Positions 38,501 through 52,297 of a stretch of DNA of 64,000 nucleotides are shown one piece after another. The position numbers were made by a program, and so were the translations under genes. Where the stretch lies: the NCBI GenBank assembly GCA_951406725.2, contig OX597822.1:59334001-59398000 (forward strand), read 5' to 3'. The notes beneath the pieces were generated by a model. It was not told where the DNA came from, searched no databases, and saw only the letters and a list, made by a program, of their open reading frames with translations. Every line of letters starts with the position of its first letter. Position 1 is the stretch's first letter. This stretch comes from Octopus vulgaris. Its lineage: Eukaryota.

Positions 38501-39348
38501 TTTATCTGCTGTGTATCTAAGGGAATTGATATGCAAACATTACTATGTACACGTGACCGGGGCATGCAAACGTCCCGTTTTTCCGGGATTCGTCTGGGTT
38601 TTCAAACAGTGGTTTCGCCGACCATATCAAAAGTATCGGAGCCTGTGATTTATCCTGTCTAATTGTTTTTAAATTTCAAAACACAAGATTTAGTGTGTGT
38701 GCTTATGTAAGTGTTTATAAATTTGTGGCTTTCTACAAACTTTTACCAAAGTATAGCTTCGATTTAAACATAGTTTATTCAAATTTGCTATGTAACTGCG
38801 TTGCCTATCATAATATATTTTGCATTAAGTATGATACGTAAATGACTATTTTAACCTAATACTACTTTTGTTGCACAAAATGGTCGGCTACTCGCAACAT
38901 CAGAGATTGTCTATTCATTGTTTTCATATATATTGGTAGTGACAAAGTTACTCTAAGTATGATAGGATGGTCAAAGATGGAATATGTTTGATCAGTGGCT
39001 TCATCAGTGTTGACCTAGAGCTAAATGCAACCATGCCAACAACTCTTTCTACTGAAATTCACATGTTTTCTTATAATTTGTTTTCAAGCATTTCGTTTCA
39101 TAAACCCACTCTATAGGTCCAAGCCTTTCTTCGTTGAATTCAGCTATCAGTCTTCATCGGATCATTGAAATAAATTAGACGGAAGAGAGGGTGTATGTAG
39201 TGACAAACACACATTTTCACTCAGTTCATTACTGCATCGGCGAGGCGGCTGCTCGATCAAACTGCAACAATAGATTTGTAAGTGGCATATACTTGCATTT
39301 CATTAGAGTACTCCATCAGAGTTGACCCGAGGCTACACAACTGCAGCG

Positions 39349-39416
<68 letters not shown>

Positions 39417-39444
39417 CAGCACCACCAGCACCAGCACCAGCACC

Positions 39445-39475
<31 letters not shown>

Positions 39476-39489
39476 CAACCACCACCACC

Positions 39490-39552
<63 letters not shown>
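39349..39552. repeat. (TAC)n-(CAC/CAG)n-(TAC)n compound microsatellite
   Basis: Directly visible. Confidence 0.95.
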
Positions 39553-39554
<2 letters not shown>

Positions 39555-40574
39555 GCTTCTGAAAACCCTCATTATACCCCCTCTCTATGTTTTTACTCCC
39601 TCTATACATCTTTGCTACTTTCTTTCTCAAGTTTTCCTATTGATCTTCTCCCTTTCTTTCATTACGTCTCTTTGCTCGTCCCCTACCCCCACCTCCTCTT
39701 CTAATAGTTCATTAAAAAAATTCCTTTATTTTTTCCACTTGATTCTTTGGCCCAATCCTCCGCTCACAAACACTTTTCCTCTCCTTATCTCTATCTCTTC
39801 CTTTCCAACATTTTTAAAAACCTTTTTCTCACTCTCATCCTTTTTAACTCTCCCTCCCCCCCTCTCTCTCTCTCCACTTCTTCTTTCTCTTAATCTTCTC
39901 TCTCCTCAACTTTCCTTGTTCTCTTTTTCTATTTTCTCTCCTTTTTTTATCTCCGGAATCCACTTCCTTTCCCCTGTTTCTCACTCCCTTCCCTTAACTT
40001 CATTAGTCTTTTATTCTCTCTTTTTTTTTCTTCCTACTTCTCGCTCTGTCTCTCCCTCCTCTTCTCTTAGATTCTCATAACATTTTGCCGCCTAGTTTCC
40101 CAATCCTTTCTTATTTAGCTTCTCTCATCTTTTATCAATTCTCTTCTCTCTATTCTATCCCTTTCTGTTATTCATCTCGTTCATGTCAACCCTCTCACAT
40201 TCCTCTCCTGCCACTAACGCTCGTTCTTCGCCATCCTCTTTTCTACGTCAGTCTACAAGGCTTCACATTTCTCAAATAGCAGATCCCATCTGTGACATTT
40301 TACACTTTGCTCCTTCCTGTTTGTTTCCTGGTTCACTTGACCAATCGACAGGGGTGGTTGATGTGGAGAATAAGGGGGAGGGGTGTAATTTGTTGGAGTA
40401 GGATGGACATATCGTCATCATAATAAAAGTATTCGTAAGAGGAGGAGCAGGAAGAAGAGGGTAGGAAGGAGAAGAGGAAGTAGGAGTAGTAATGTTTTCG
40501 AAATGACATCAAAGGGGAAAAAAAGGATTCATTTAGAGTAGCAAAACTTACAACAAAAACAACAATAATTATTA

Positions 40575-40774
40575 TTTCTACTCTAGGCACAAGGCCTTGA
40601 AAATTTTGTGGGGAAGGGGTTAGTCGATTAGTAACTCGTACTTATTTAATCGACTCCGAAAGGATGAAAGGCAAAGTCGACCTCGGCGGAATTTGAACTC
40701 AGAACGTAACGGCAGACGAAATACCGCCAAGCATTTCGCCCGGAGTGCTAACGATTCTGCCAGCTCACCGCCTT
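40575..40774 (-). mobile_element. SINE family A
   Basis: Near-consensus copy. Confidence 0.85.
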
Positions 40775-40823
40775 AGTAGCAGTAGTCGCAGCAGCAGTGG
40801 TTGTGGTGGTGATAATAGTAGTT

Positions 40824-41060
40824 TGTTCCCGGTTTCCTTGGCGTATAGGTTCCCCAACTGAACGGGACGCCGATCCGCCGCAGGCGAGCTGCAAGATGCA
40901 GGAGGAAAGAGTGAGAGAAAGTTGTGGCGAAAGAGTCAGCAGAAGTTCGTGGAGCTTAGGTGTTTCGCTCATAAACACACACATCACCCGGTCTGAGATT
41001 CGAAAACCGCGATCCCTCGACCGCGAGTCCGCTGCTCTAACCACTAGGCCATGCGCCTCC
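40824..41060 (-). mobile_element. SINE family C
   Basis: Reverse complement similar to 22872-23171 (GGAGGCGCATGGCCTAGTGGTTAGAGCAGCGGACTCGCGG). Confidence 0.85.
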
Positions 41061-41209
41061 GTGATAATAGTAGTAGTAGTCTCAAATGTTGGCACAAACC
41101 CAGCAAATTCGGGGGAGGTAGTAATCAATTACCATAGCCATTGTATTTTATTTCTGCGTGCATTTTTGAATCTGTAAAAAACGCTCATGAATTATTCGTC
41201 AACCCAATA

Positions 41210-41469
41210 CTATAAACCCGGGCCGACTAAAGCCTTGTAAGTGGTTTTGGTAGACGGAAATTGTATGGAAACCAGCCGTAACATAATATATAAATGTATA
41301 TATATCTATAAGTGTATGTCTTTGAATCTGTGTTTGTCCCTTACCACTGTCTGACGGCCTATGTTAGTTTGTACTCTGTTTTTTCGTTGTTAAAAAAAAG
41401 TCCGTTTCCTAGTTTGTTTTTATGTTTTCGTTTCTCGTTGAGTTCTACGTTTATTTGTGGTGTCCTGTA

Positions 41470-41529
<60 letters not shown>

Positions 41530-41765
41530 TGTATATATACATGTAGATGTAGGTACGTACATATATGTATGTATGTATGCATATATTTTATTTATTACAT
41601 TATTGTATGACTGAGCGCCCTCTCGTCGTTTCGTTTCTTTTCTTTTCTCCCAGTAAGTTTTTACAAATAGAATAGTTACTCGGTTTCGAAACAATAAGTA
41701 TTGGGATCGATTTGTTCAACTAAAATATCCAATAACTAAAACAAGTAAGCGATAAAATAGGGATA
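41210..41765 (+). mobile_element. SINE family B interrupted by a family P fragment (about 41375-41665)
   Basis: GGGCCGACTAAAGCCTTGTAAGTGG...GGTAGACGGAAA, then family P sequence, then the family B 3' part (GGGATCGATTTGTTCAACTAAA). Confidence 0.6.
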
Positions 41766-42324
41766 CACACACGCGTGTGTACACACACGTGCGCATGCAC
41801 ACGTGCGCATGCACACGTACCCATGCACACACAAATGCACATATATACACATAAGTGCGCGCGCGGCACCCACTCACCCCCCACACACACTCACTCACAC
41901 ACAAGAAAAGTAATATTTTTATTGCATGGGTCTTCAGAATATGTGGTGGACAGCTGTTGTGCAAAGGTTTTAGTTTAATCCAGTTATTTGTATAATTAAT
42001 TAACATTTTTATTAGCCTTATTAGCAACTCAGTCGCAATTGTGTTTCAAATATTAATGTCTACACCCAGTATTATATTGGTCACATAACTACATACAATG
42101 ATTTACATTGTGTAGAGACATCAGTATTGCAGACGAGAGCCAGTCTTATTTCAGGCCATTAGTTTGTGTAAATATATACAATATATATTCTTTTGTGAAT
42201 TCACATGAGTAAAAGCAACAGGTATCCAAATTCCTACTTGTTATTAACTTCCAGTATAATAATTCTCAGACTAAATTTTTCGGTTGAGTTCGCAATCTAT
42301 TAAAAATGTCGTCTGGTCTCACTT

Positions 42325-42406
<82 letters not shown>

Positions 42407-42541
42407 ATGTGTGTGTATCATGTCAAAAACAAATATTGAGTAGTACACACACAGGGTTTTACTTTAGAACTTTAATATAAAGCCACTGAAGCAACGTTAT
42501 GGCGTCCCGAATATGTTTCTCGTGATCTATACGCGACACAC

Positions 42542-42587
<46 letters not shown>

Positions 42588-42673
42588 GCACACATACAAG
42601 CAAAATATACATATATACCATTTCGACAATCCATGCCTTATATGCATATAGTATGCAAGCTATGTGCGAATAT

Positions 42674-42956
42674 GCCCGGACAATGCATGCATAAAGATAA
42701 ATTGAAATACGAAATTTAAGCAGTGCTAGTGTAATAAACCTTAGAGGATCAGAGGTGAGTTTTCCCGCCGGTCCATGACTATCAGGTGTTTTAACAGCCG
42801 GCGATTTGAGAGAGTACTCTTTACTACGCCAGTGCGCGGCCTACCGGCAAATAAAGTAACCATGTCAGTTAAGTATATGTGGTTCGTAATCTCTATTACT
42901 CTTACGCTGCTTCCATTTCATATTTGAATTGATTCTTACATATGCATTGTCCGGGC
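42674..42956. mobile_element. MITE with ~65-bp imperfect TIRs and ATAT TSD (Sola1-like)
   Basis: GCCCGGACAATGCAT... / ...ATGCATTGTCCGGGC; ATAT at 42670-42673 and 42957-42960 fits an AWWT TSD. Confidence 0.7.
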
Positions 42957-42984
42957 ATATGTGTGTGTATATATATATATATAT

Positions 42985-43057
<73 letters not shown>

Positions 43058-43058
<1 letters not shown>

Positions 43059-45102
43059 CTTATATAAAATCCGTTCTGCCTGTCTGTCTGTCTGTGCGTC
43101 TTCTAGAATCTCGGGCATCCTCCATCCGATTGCACTCAAACTTGATATGTAGATACCGACGGTATCAGGACGTGTATAAGTCTTGAAAAAATTACAAAAA
43201 TCGATTCCAGGTGAGAATGCGATCGATAAAGCCGTTTTTGTCCTGCTTTTATTCCGTCAACCTGTACATAACTGCACCTTCCAATTTTGTTGTTTTTGTA
43301 CTGTTTAAAGGCACGTTTCTTTCCTGTCAAGCTTAGTGTTTAAAACATGTTTGTGTTCTCCCAGTCAACAGCCTTATCATTACTGGTACTTTAAACTCTT
43401 CGGTTGCATATTTGTGTGAATAAAATCGTTTTTCTTTGGAATAGAAAAAAAGTTATGTGGTTCGTAAGCAAGCTACTTACCACACATTTCTCATGACTAT
43501 GTTTAATTTTAAGGGGTTGTCGTGATTGGTAGGAAGGACAGAAGACGTTATCATTAAGCCAGAGATCGGACTCGAAAACTTGAAAGATTGAATTCCACTA
43601 AAGACATCCAAAGACAACATGGTGATGTTAAGCCGAGCGACGGATTAAGCCTATAACACTAGAACTCATAATACCAGGGTTTTCCGAATATCCGCCCATC
43701 CATTAGATCGCACTTAGGACGAGTAATGTAACACCCTTTGATTGATTACCGCTATCTGATAGTTCGTCGGCTGCACCACACCACTTGTCTGATCCAATTA
43801 TATTTGTTGTCATTGCTACGTGATCTGATTTACCTTGAATATCTCAATTTGTAACACAAGTTCTTATTGAACGCCGATATCCAGGGAATAACCACTGTCT
43901 TACTGTTAATGTTCCTTACGCGTGTCATTAGTAATTATCTCATTGCAAGCTTCACTACATTATTGTATAGTAAGTTTTGGCGGAGTAAATACGTCTGTAG
44001 ATAAATTCAAAGGATTTTTATTCCCAATAATGGAGTCGAAAGAAAATATATAAAAACATGTTCAACGATGATATACCATTAGTAAAAAATTGAGTGCTGT
44101 TAAACGAGTGAAAGAACATTCTGGCAATTTATTTGCTGCGTCAAGAGACTTAGGTATTGGTAGAAAACGATTGAGAAAAGAAACACAAAAGAAACTGAGT
44201 CAATCAATATGTTAGACAAGATGAAGAGCGGATCAATTGTGGAGGTAGAGGACCAGCACATAGAGATCTAGAGATTGAACTCTTACAGTGGATTGTTGTT
44301 CAGCGTGCAAACAATTTAATTGTTAATTATCGCCGTTTACGGGAATATGCTTTTGAATAGGTAAAAAGGTTGGGAATTGACATAAACGGCTTTAGATGTT
44401 CTGATAAATGGATTTTCAATTTCATGAAACGGAATAAACTGACTGTGAGAAATATTACAGATGTTGGTCAAGCAGACAATAAAACACTTGGGGAAAAGGC
44501 ACAAATCGCCAGTGACTATCTAGATAGCATTCCAGTATTAACAGCAGATAAGGATGCTGGCCAGATTTATAATATGGATGAAACACCTGTATACGTTGAC
44601 ATGTTGAGTTCAACAACCATAGACTTTGTTGGCAATAAAAATGTAGATACTAGCCACTGTGGTGCTGTGTTGTGTGTTATAGCTGCAGGAAAGGCGTTGA
44701 AAATAATGATTATCCTTAAAGGATTGAAAAACGTGTCTAAAAGCAAGGTCCCAAAAAATATTTACTGAACAGTCTCCAACAGGAGATTATTTGTTCATAC
44801 GAGGCTTCTATTCATATTTTCAACAGTTTAATTTTCAATATTTCCTAATAGCTTCATTGTTAACTTGAGAATATTTTTTAATATGCTACTTCTTTTAAGG
44901 CTGTTTCAGTTTCTTTATGTCCATATATCTGATGACTGAAACGATGGAATTGTATAAATAAATATGGTTTTTGAGAATATCTTTGTTTTTCCTAGGTGAA
45001 ATATTTTACTTCCATATTATCACCCGTGTGCGCTTATTATAACAAAAGACATGTCACCCGATTATCTATCATTTTCACTTAGTCACTACCCAGGACCACT
45101 AG
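43058..45102 (+). mobile_element. Helitron-like non-autonomous element
   Basis: A|TC start TCTTATATAAAATCCGTTCTGCCTGTCTGTCTG (typical Helitron 5' end with CTGT repeats); candidate CTAG|T end at 45099-45103. The 3' hairpin is weak. Confidence 0.5.
44058..44790 (+). pseudogene. pogo/Tigger-family transposase fragment (CENP-B HTH + DDE N-terminus)
   Basis: LEIELLQWIVVQRANNLIV, FRCSDKWIFNFMKRNKL, IYNMDETPV and LKIMIILKG; contains stops and is truncated. Confidence 0.85.
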
Positions 45103-46300
45103 TGTATTTCATGGCATAAATGACACGCAGAATATATTAGGCGAACTCCTGTTTCAGCAGCGCATAATCATGAAATTTTTCTTTATTGTATTAAAGCTTG
45201 TGAAAGGCCCAACTTCTCATATATGACCCAGAATGATATTTTGAGACATCTTTTTCTTTGGAAAGAAAGTGAATCTTATATGTCATCATATACAGCATTT
45301 TATTTAACCTCGGTGGAATTTGAACTCATAAAAATGATAGCCGGTACAAATGCAAGTCATTTTGTCCTACGCTCTGACGACTCTGCTAATTCGCCATTTA
45401 GGCTGCGATGGCGAAAGCGACGACGACGACGAATGATAGTCGAAAAGGATGGAAAACTTGGTGGGCGATTACTGCTATTGTTGTTATTTAATTCTAGTCC
45501 AACTTTCACCGAGAAAACCAAGCCATGATAATCACGTCTTGGCTTTAGGGATATTGTATTTAAGATCGCTTCATCCAATGGATGAAGTCAGTAGAATGTA
45601 ATTCTCTGCTATTTTGTAGCAGATCGAGTCACCCCACACAGGCCTCGTGTTTGCTCGAGAAGCTTAACTGTTGTTATTTAGCCATTCAACCATGATTGAG
45701 AAGATTTATGATCAAAGACGATCCAGCCGTGACCATGCTATCTGCTTTTATATTTAGGACTGTATTATACAATGTGTCCTTCCTTTTTCTAGATGATAGA
45801 GTGCAATTTGAGAAAATTTTGATTGCTATCTCGGGTTATATTATAGGGGATCCCTCTTGTGGCCTACGAATTAATTGTCGCTATTTAATCTAAGTCTTCC
45901 TACCACGACACAGTATATTCCCCTATGTACAGATATATATATACATTATCCAGTGCGTTTATTCTTATCTAAAGAGTGGAAGAAGATTAAACTGCTATTT
46001 CTAACTGATCTAGCGACTACACAAAAGTCGTTTTTGTTAGCTCGTAAGCTTAATGTTTCAATGTTAATAGTATGTATGTATACAAACTAACAATACTAGT
46101 ATGACAAGTATAGTTGATTTAGTACAAAAAACTTGTCTATTTAGTGCAAACTCTTTAGTACACACATACATACATACATACATACATACATACATACATA
46201 CATACATACATACATAATACATACATACATACATACATACATACATACATACATACATACATACATGTATACACATATACACACACATATATATCTGCGC

Positions 46301-46337
<37 letters not shown>

Positions 46338-46958
46338 TGTGCGTGTATATATATGTATGCATGTATGCATCTGCATGGACAATTCACTACATACTGACCT
46401 TTGACCTCAATACTCCACCGTCACTATTTACACGACGATGACGACCATCACCCCCATCTTCACCATCACTACCATAACCACGCTAGTCCTGCCCCATCAC
46501 TAAGTATCGGTCAAAAATCTCCTCTACGCTTACAGGTGTTTTATTTTATCACTTCATTATTCGTCGTCGGTAACGCTGGTTTCTTTTCATATTTAAGTTA
46601 GGCGTACGTGCGTGCTCGTGCGTGTTTGTATGCGCATCTCTTTCTCTCCTACTGCATTTGTTTCTCTTTATCTTTCTCTTTATGTTTCTACTAGCATACC
46701 CTTGCCGTCAAAAATGCCGACAGTTTTATTAATGATAGAAAATGGCGCAGCAAATGGAAGAAACCATTGTTAAATGTCAGCAATCTAGTAAATATAAGTA
46801 CATACACATAATTGAAGCACTTGAAGAATCGGATACGGTTGTACTGTCTCGGTTGAAAATATCAAAAATATCATTCATTCAATGTGTGTGTGTGTATGTG
46901 TGTGTGTGTGTGTTTGTGCGTATGAGTGTGTGTGTGTTTGTACTTATGAGTGTGTGTG

Positions 46959-47003
<45 letters not shown>

Positions 47004-47044
47004 ATATAAGCACACACACATACATACACACATAACACTTAATT

Positions 47045-47560
47045 TATAAGCTAAGATGATTATGGAAAAATATAGGTTAGGGGCAAAAACAGAACCATGC
47101 GAGTCTAGAAACTCTTGAATTGATCTCAAAGGCCACAAACCGAACGTTAGCTCTAACCTTTCTGTAAGACTTATATGCCAATCGAAATCTGATTTTGGTA
47201 GGATAAGCAAAGAACATTATTGATCAATATATACCTACACTTAGGAAAGTTAAAATATTAAATCTTTGGTCAAGTTCATATGAAGTAATTGACTGGCATA
47301 ACAGTCACCACAAAGAAACAAACGAAATTCATACAACTAGATTTATGCAATTACTACGCCTTTATTAACCCAATCCTTCTTAGTAAAGCACTTATATTCG
47401 CAATAAAAAATTCTGAGCTAACTAGGGAAGGTGTTGATGTAATAGCTGTTAGAAATTCACTTATTAGATTCGAGGGAAAATACTGCGTTAGAAAGGATAG
47501 GTCCGATATGTTTGACATAATAATGAGATCGACTCACGCCGCGCAGGTAACTCACATAGT
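47045..47560 (+). mobile_element. Penelope-like reverse transcriptase fragment
   Basis: LKGHKPN..VRLICQSKSDFGRISK, LWSSSYEVIDW, KFIQLDLCNYYAFI and FDIIMRS. Confidence 0.75.
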
Positions 47561-48555
47561 AGATCAAGGGCGTTTGAGGTATCTGAGTGGGCTGATTAGG
47601 TATGATTCGGGGCTAAGCGACAACAATTATGCGTTAATCAGAACTAGAATCCGATGAGAAGGGCGATCAGGACAATTTGGGGCTACTGTGTATTATTGAT
47701 GAATACTGAAGCAGCATTTTCTTATTCTCCTGACCATGGGTGTAACAAAAGGAAGAAAAGGAATGTAGCAATCTGACAGCAGTAAGATGTTGTATCCATT
47801 AGTAACAGAGAAAACTGTGATAGTGTGGCAGGGTGAAAACAGTAAAATAAAAGTTATGGCATTTATCATGACTGAATTAGTAGCGTTTGATCTCCTCGAA
47901 GCAGTTTCAATATCTTGGTCATGACTGAAATCATCATAATTAATATCAGTCCTGACTAATGCATATATGTCTAAATGTAAGTTTAAGATAACAATGTATA
48001 CTATATGCGTTGGTATGTATGTATGTATGTATGTATGTATGTATGTATGTATGTATACACAGGTGTTTCTCCTCATACACCGACTAAACAAAATATGGCA
48101 TAAAAACTTTATCAGTGGGTGTTGCAAGAAATACAAATTCCACAAAGGTAGGCGTAGCATATTTACTTTAATAAAACCATTCGCGAGAAATATGAACTTT
48201 ATCGTGTAGGGAAGCAAGAATAAAATTTATATAAATAAAGAAACGAGGAGTGCGCAATATGCCCGCTACTTTAAAAAAAATTGCAAGTTTTGTAAAGTTG
48301 TAGGAAATTTTCAGGTAAAAGGAAAACGGCGCAAGTCATATGAGTAACGAAACATCAGTATTTCCTGCCTCCAGTGAAACTCACTCGTGAATACACTTCC
48401 TACTTTTGTACTTGCTAAAATTCAACACTTCAAAAGACCTATTTATGGTTCATTACCTCTAATTTAATCCTCTTAATGGCTCCAAAAGGGCTTGCACATA
48501 AATCGTAGGCGTGACTTTAAAACGCCGCATAACTATTCACTTGCTAGAAGAGAAA

Positions 48556-49641
48556 TCATATCTATAAAAGGGAGGATGCGTGTGCCTGTGTGTGTACTTG
48601 ATTGTAATTTATGCACATCCACAAATTAGCACGCATGTCGCTCAAATTTTAGGAGGACATTTGTCAACATCCTATCTGGGTTTTGTCAACTTATTTTTTT
48701 CCCTATGCACCCGCGGATAGGGTAAAAATTTATTTTCAACCATTTTCAACCATAGCTTATAACCTTAACAAATATCAGCCATTGCTTGTTGATGGCGTCT
48801 ATCAAAAAAAAAAAAAAACAGATAAAGAAAAGTGGAAGAAGGAGGCAGAGAGTTTCACGGTAAAGACAAAGTGAGAGAGGGAGAGAGAAAGAGTAAGTGA
48901 CTACGTTCATAAAAAATAAAATATAAAATGTTTTGTTTTTTGCTTTTTGTTTTTGAAAGGCACACTATATTTTATAATCATAGTATATATACTTTCTCAC
49001 ACAACAATTACAATACATTTATTTTAAATCATTTATTTATTTTAAATCGTTCATCTTTCTCTCTCCCCTCTCTCTCACATACACTACTCTGGGTGCGAAA
49101 GAGTTTTGTTTTTATTTTACGCTGAGTAAAAAAGTGTTTTGTTGACAATCCATTTATTTAACAACAAAGAAACAAAGAGGTGAGTAACAATTTGTCAGTG
49201 AATTACACAATATAAATGGGTACAATTTGCGAGGCTTCCACCACACTCCACTCCGTTTCACGGACCACAAAAAGGGTTTTGAGGCCAGAGTAGTTGATTC
49301 CATGCAAAAAACACGATTTTTTTTTCTTAATGAAAATTGTGCGAGTCTACAAATTTAACAACATTTTTTCCATTCATTTCTGTTTATGAACATGTATGCG
49401 TGCACAAAACATGCAATAGATGTACGTACGAACGTGTGTGTATGTGTGTTCGTGTCTGTTGCCCATATATATTATATATAATATATATCTATATATTATA
49501 TATAATATATATATATATATATATAACTAATTTCAACGGATTTCGCCCAAATTTGACGTCTATATTAGTTTGGTTTGAAATAAAGAACTTGATTAGCTTA
49601 ATCGTAACTTAATCCCGGGTAAGGCCGGGTTATACGGCTAG
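48556..49641 (+). mobile_element. Helitron-like non-autonomous element
   Basis: 3' end CCCGGGTAAGGCCGGG hairpin followed by CTAG|T (49638-49642); TC-initiated TCATATCTATAAAAGG...GTGTGTG 5' end. That the two ends belong to one element is inferred. Confidence 0.6.
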
Positions 49642-50373
49642 TCGTTAATATGAAGTAAGTTATTGTAAACGTCTTTGATTGACGACTTGTGCGATTGTTT
49701 CTACCATCAATAACACTGTGGCAATAATCGTCAATAAAACTCTTCATGCCATGTTCTCTACTCCATTTCACAATAAGAAAAAATTAGAAAACAGGCGATT
49801 TCGATTTTTTTATAGCAAACTCTATAAAAACAAACCAGAAGAAATTTAAGTGGTTTTGAATTACATAACATGAAGGAAAACATGAAAGCAGCAATTTAAG
49901 TGTCAACGGCACAATTGCAACATTACAATATCTATTATTTAAAACTGGAAGAACCAGTAAATCGCCCGAATGAATACATCAAACATGGTTCCACGTTCAA
50001 ATCTCGACCGTTGTCCACTTTACTTCTATTTATCCCCAATCAAAAAAAAAAAAATAAAAATAAAAATAAATAAATAAGTACCACTAGTAAACTGAGGTCG
50101 ATTTAATCAATTATTGACTTTCTGCCAACGTTGTGAAATCGTTGTTGTTAACCCTGTGTAGTTCGCAAGTGAGTTATCAATCAATATCTTGATACAATAT
50201 TTTAGTATAGTTTTATTGATGGATTATTAATATGATTTTATTGAAGTGCTTTGCTAAATTGAAGTACTGCCTCGCCTCGAGTGCGTCTAGTCAAGTATTT
50301 TGTTGCTTTGTATTTATTTCTTTTCAAACGCGTCCGTTTCAAACACACACGCACACACACACACACACACACA

Positions 50374-50431
<58 letters not shown>

Positions 50432-50439
50432 CATATATA

Positions 50440-50492
<53 letters not shown>

Positions 50493-51107
50493 GCACACAC
50501 GAACACGTATACACATACACATACACATATATTAACGTTTGTTTCAAACCGGGTTATATATGAAAGCAATTTAACATTAAGCAGAAGAAGGATTACTCAG
50601 TACTTCTTAACAACTTTGAGTAATCCATCAGCAAGCAAGGCGTAATGACATAATTCTTTCGAAGAACACTGCAAATGATAAACCAATAAATATAACACGG
50701 CAGAGCACCTGTTATTTTTACAGGAACTGCGGGTTCGAGTGATACAGGCAGCTTTCGACTTTATTCTATCCAAAGGTTTTTTCAACCCAATATTTACCCG
50801 CTATCCTTTATAGCGTTATCATCTGATTCGAGATCCAATGATCCAAAAAATAAAACAAACAACAGAATTATCTAACGTTCCTTCGAAGTTTATAAATTCT
50901 TATCACACACACACACATGTATATACTTGGAATGACTAATTTTAAATACTATTGGAACTTACTCACAAGGTATTGGAATTTTATATGTATACCATTCTGC
51001 CTAAAAATAGATCTACGGAAGCAATATTTCTGCATAACTCACGTCTATTTTCATTCCTCCACTTCACTCTCCATTTCTTAACTATTGCTTAACCATTTTC
51101 TCACACC

Positions 51108-51155
51108 GTCTCCGATGAAGGGAGATATAAAATATCCCGGAAACAGCTGTAAGAC
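51108..51155 (+). ncRNA. Minimal type I hammerhead ribozyme motif (Penelope-associated type), core variant
   Basis: GTCT-CCGATGA-A-GGGAGATATAAAATATCCC-G-GAAA-CAGCTG-TA-AGAC: stem I GTCT/AGAC, stem II, palindromic stem III. CTGATGA appears as CCGATGA. Confidence 0.7.
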
Positions 51156-51244
51156 CTATTTATAAATGTTCTAAAATCTTTCACAGCCTTGGATTCTTAT
51201 CTCATTCTGAAAATTCTGAAAATTCTCCCTGAGAACAAACTGCA

Positions 51245-51636
<392 letters not shown>

Positions 51637-51736
51637 TATATATAAAATGTATGTATGCATGTATGTATGTATGTATGTATGTATGTATGTATGTATGTAT
51701 GTATGTATGTATGTATGTATGAATGTATTCATGTAT

Positions 51737-51772
<36 letters not shown>

Positions 51773-51777
51773 GTATA

Positions 51778-51882
<105 letters not shown>

Positions 51883-52297
51883 GTATATATATATATAGCA
51901 AATGAAAGACGGAAGATGTAATATATATGCATACACACACATACACACAAACGCACACACGTGCGTGTGTGTGTTAACATGCAGTTTAGACGATTAAAGA
52001 TTGGAAAACTGATTGGAAGTGACGTCAGTTACACTCGATAATTTCCTGCAAATAACCTATGAAACAACCAATGTAAAGAATCTGCATACAGTTGATCTAA
52101 TTTGAATGCTGTGCATATGTTTTATATGTGCAAACAAGAATACTTATGCTGCGTACAATCGACTGGAACCGAGCGTTTCAGTTGTTGATTTTAAAATACT
52201 TGAGATATTATATCACTGGAAGATACTTTACATGTAGATACTGCGAAGGAGTTCTGTTAATAAAATTAAGGGATTTCACCATTTTTTAATGTTCTCT

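Noticed and set aside
38555-38900. Possible hAT-type end (CCGGGGCATGCAAACGTCCCGTTTTTCCGGGA)
   Set aside because: No matching second TIR or TSD found.
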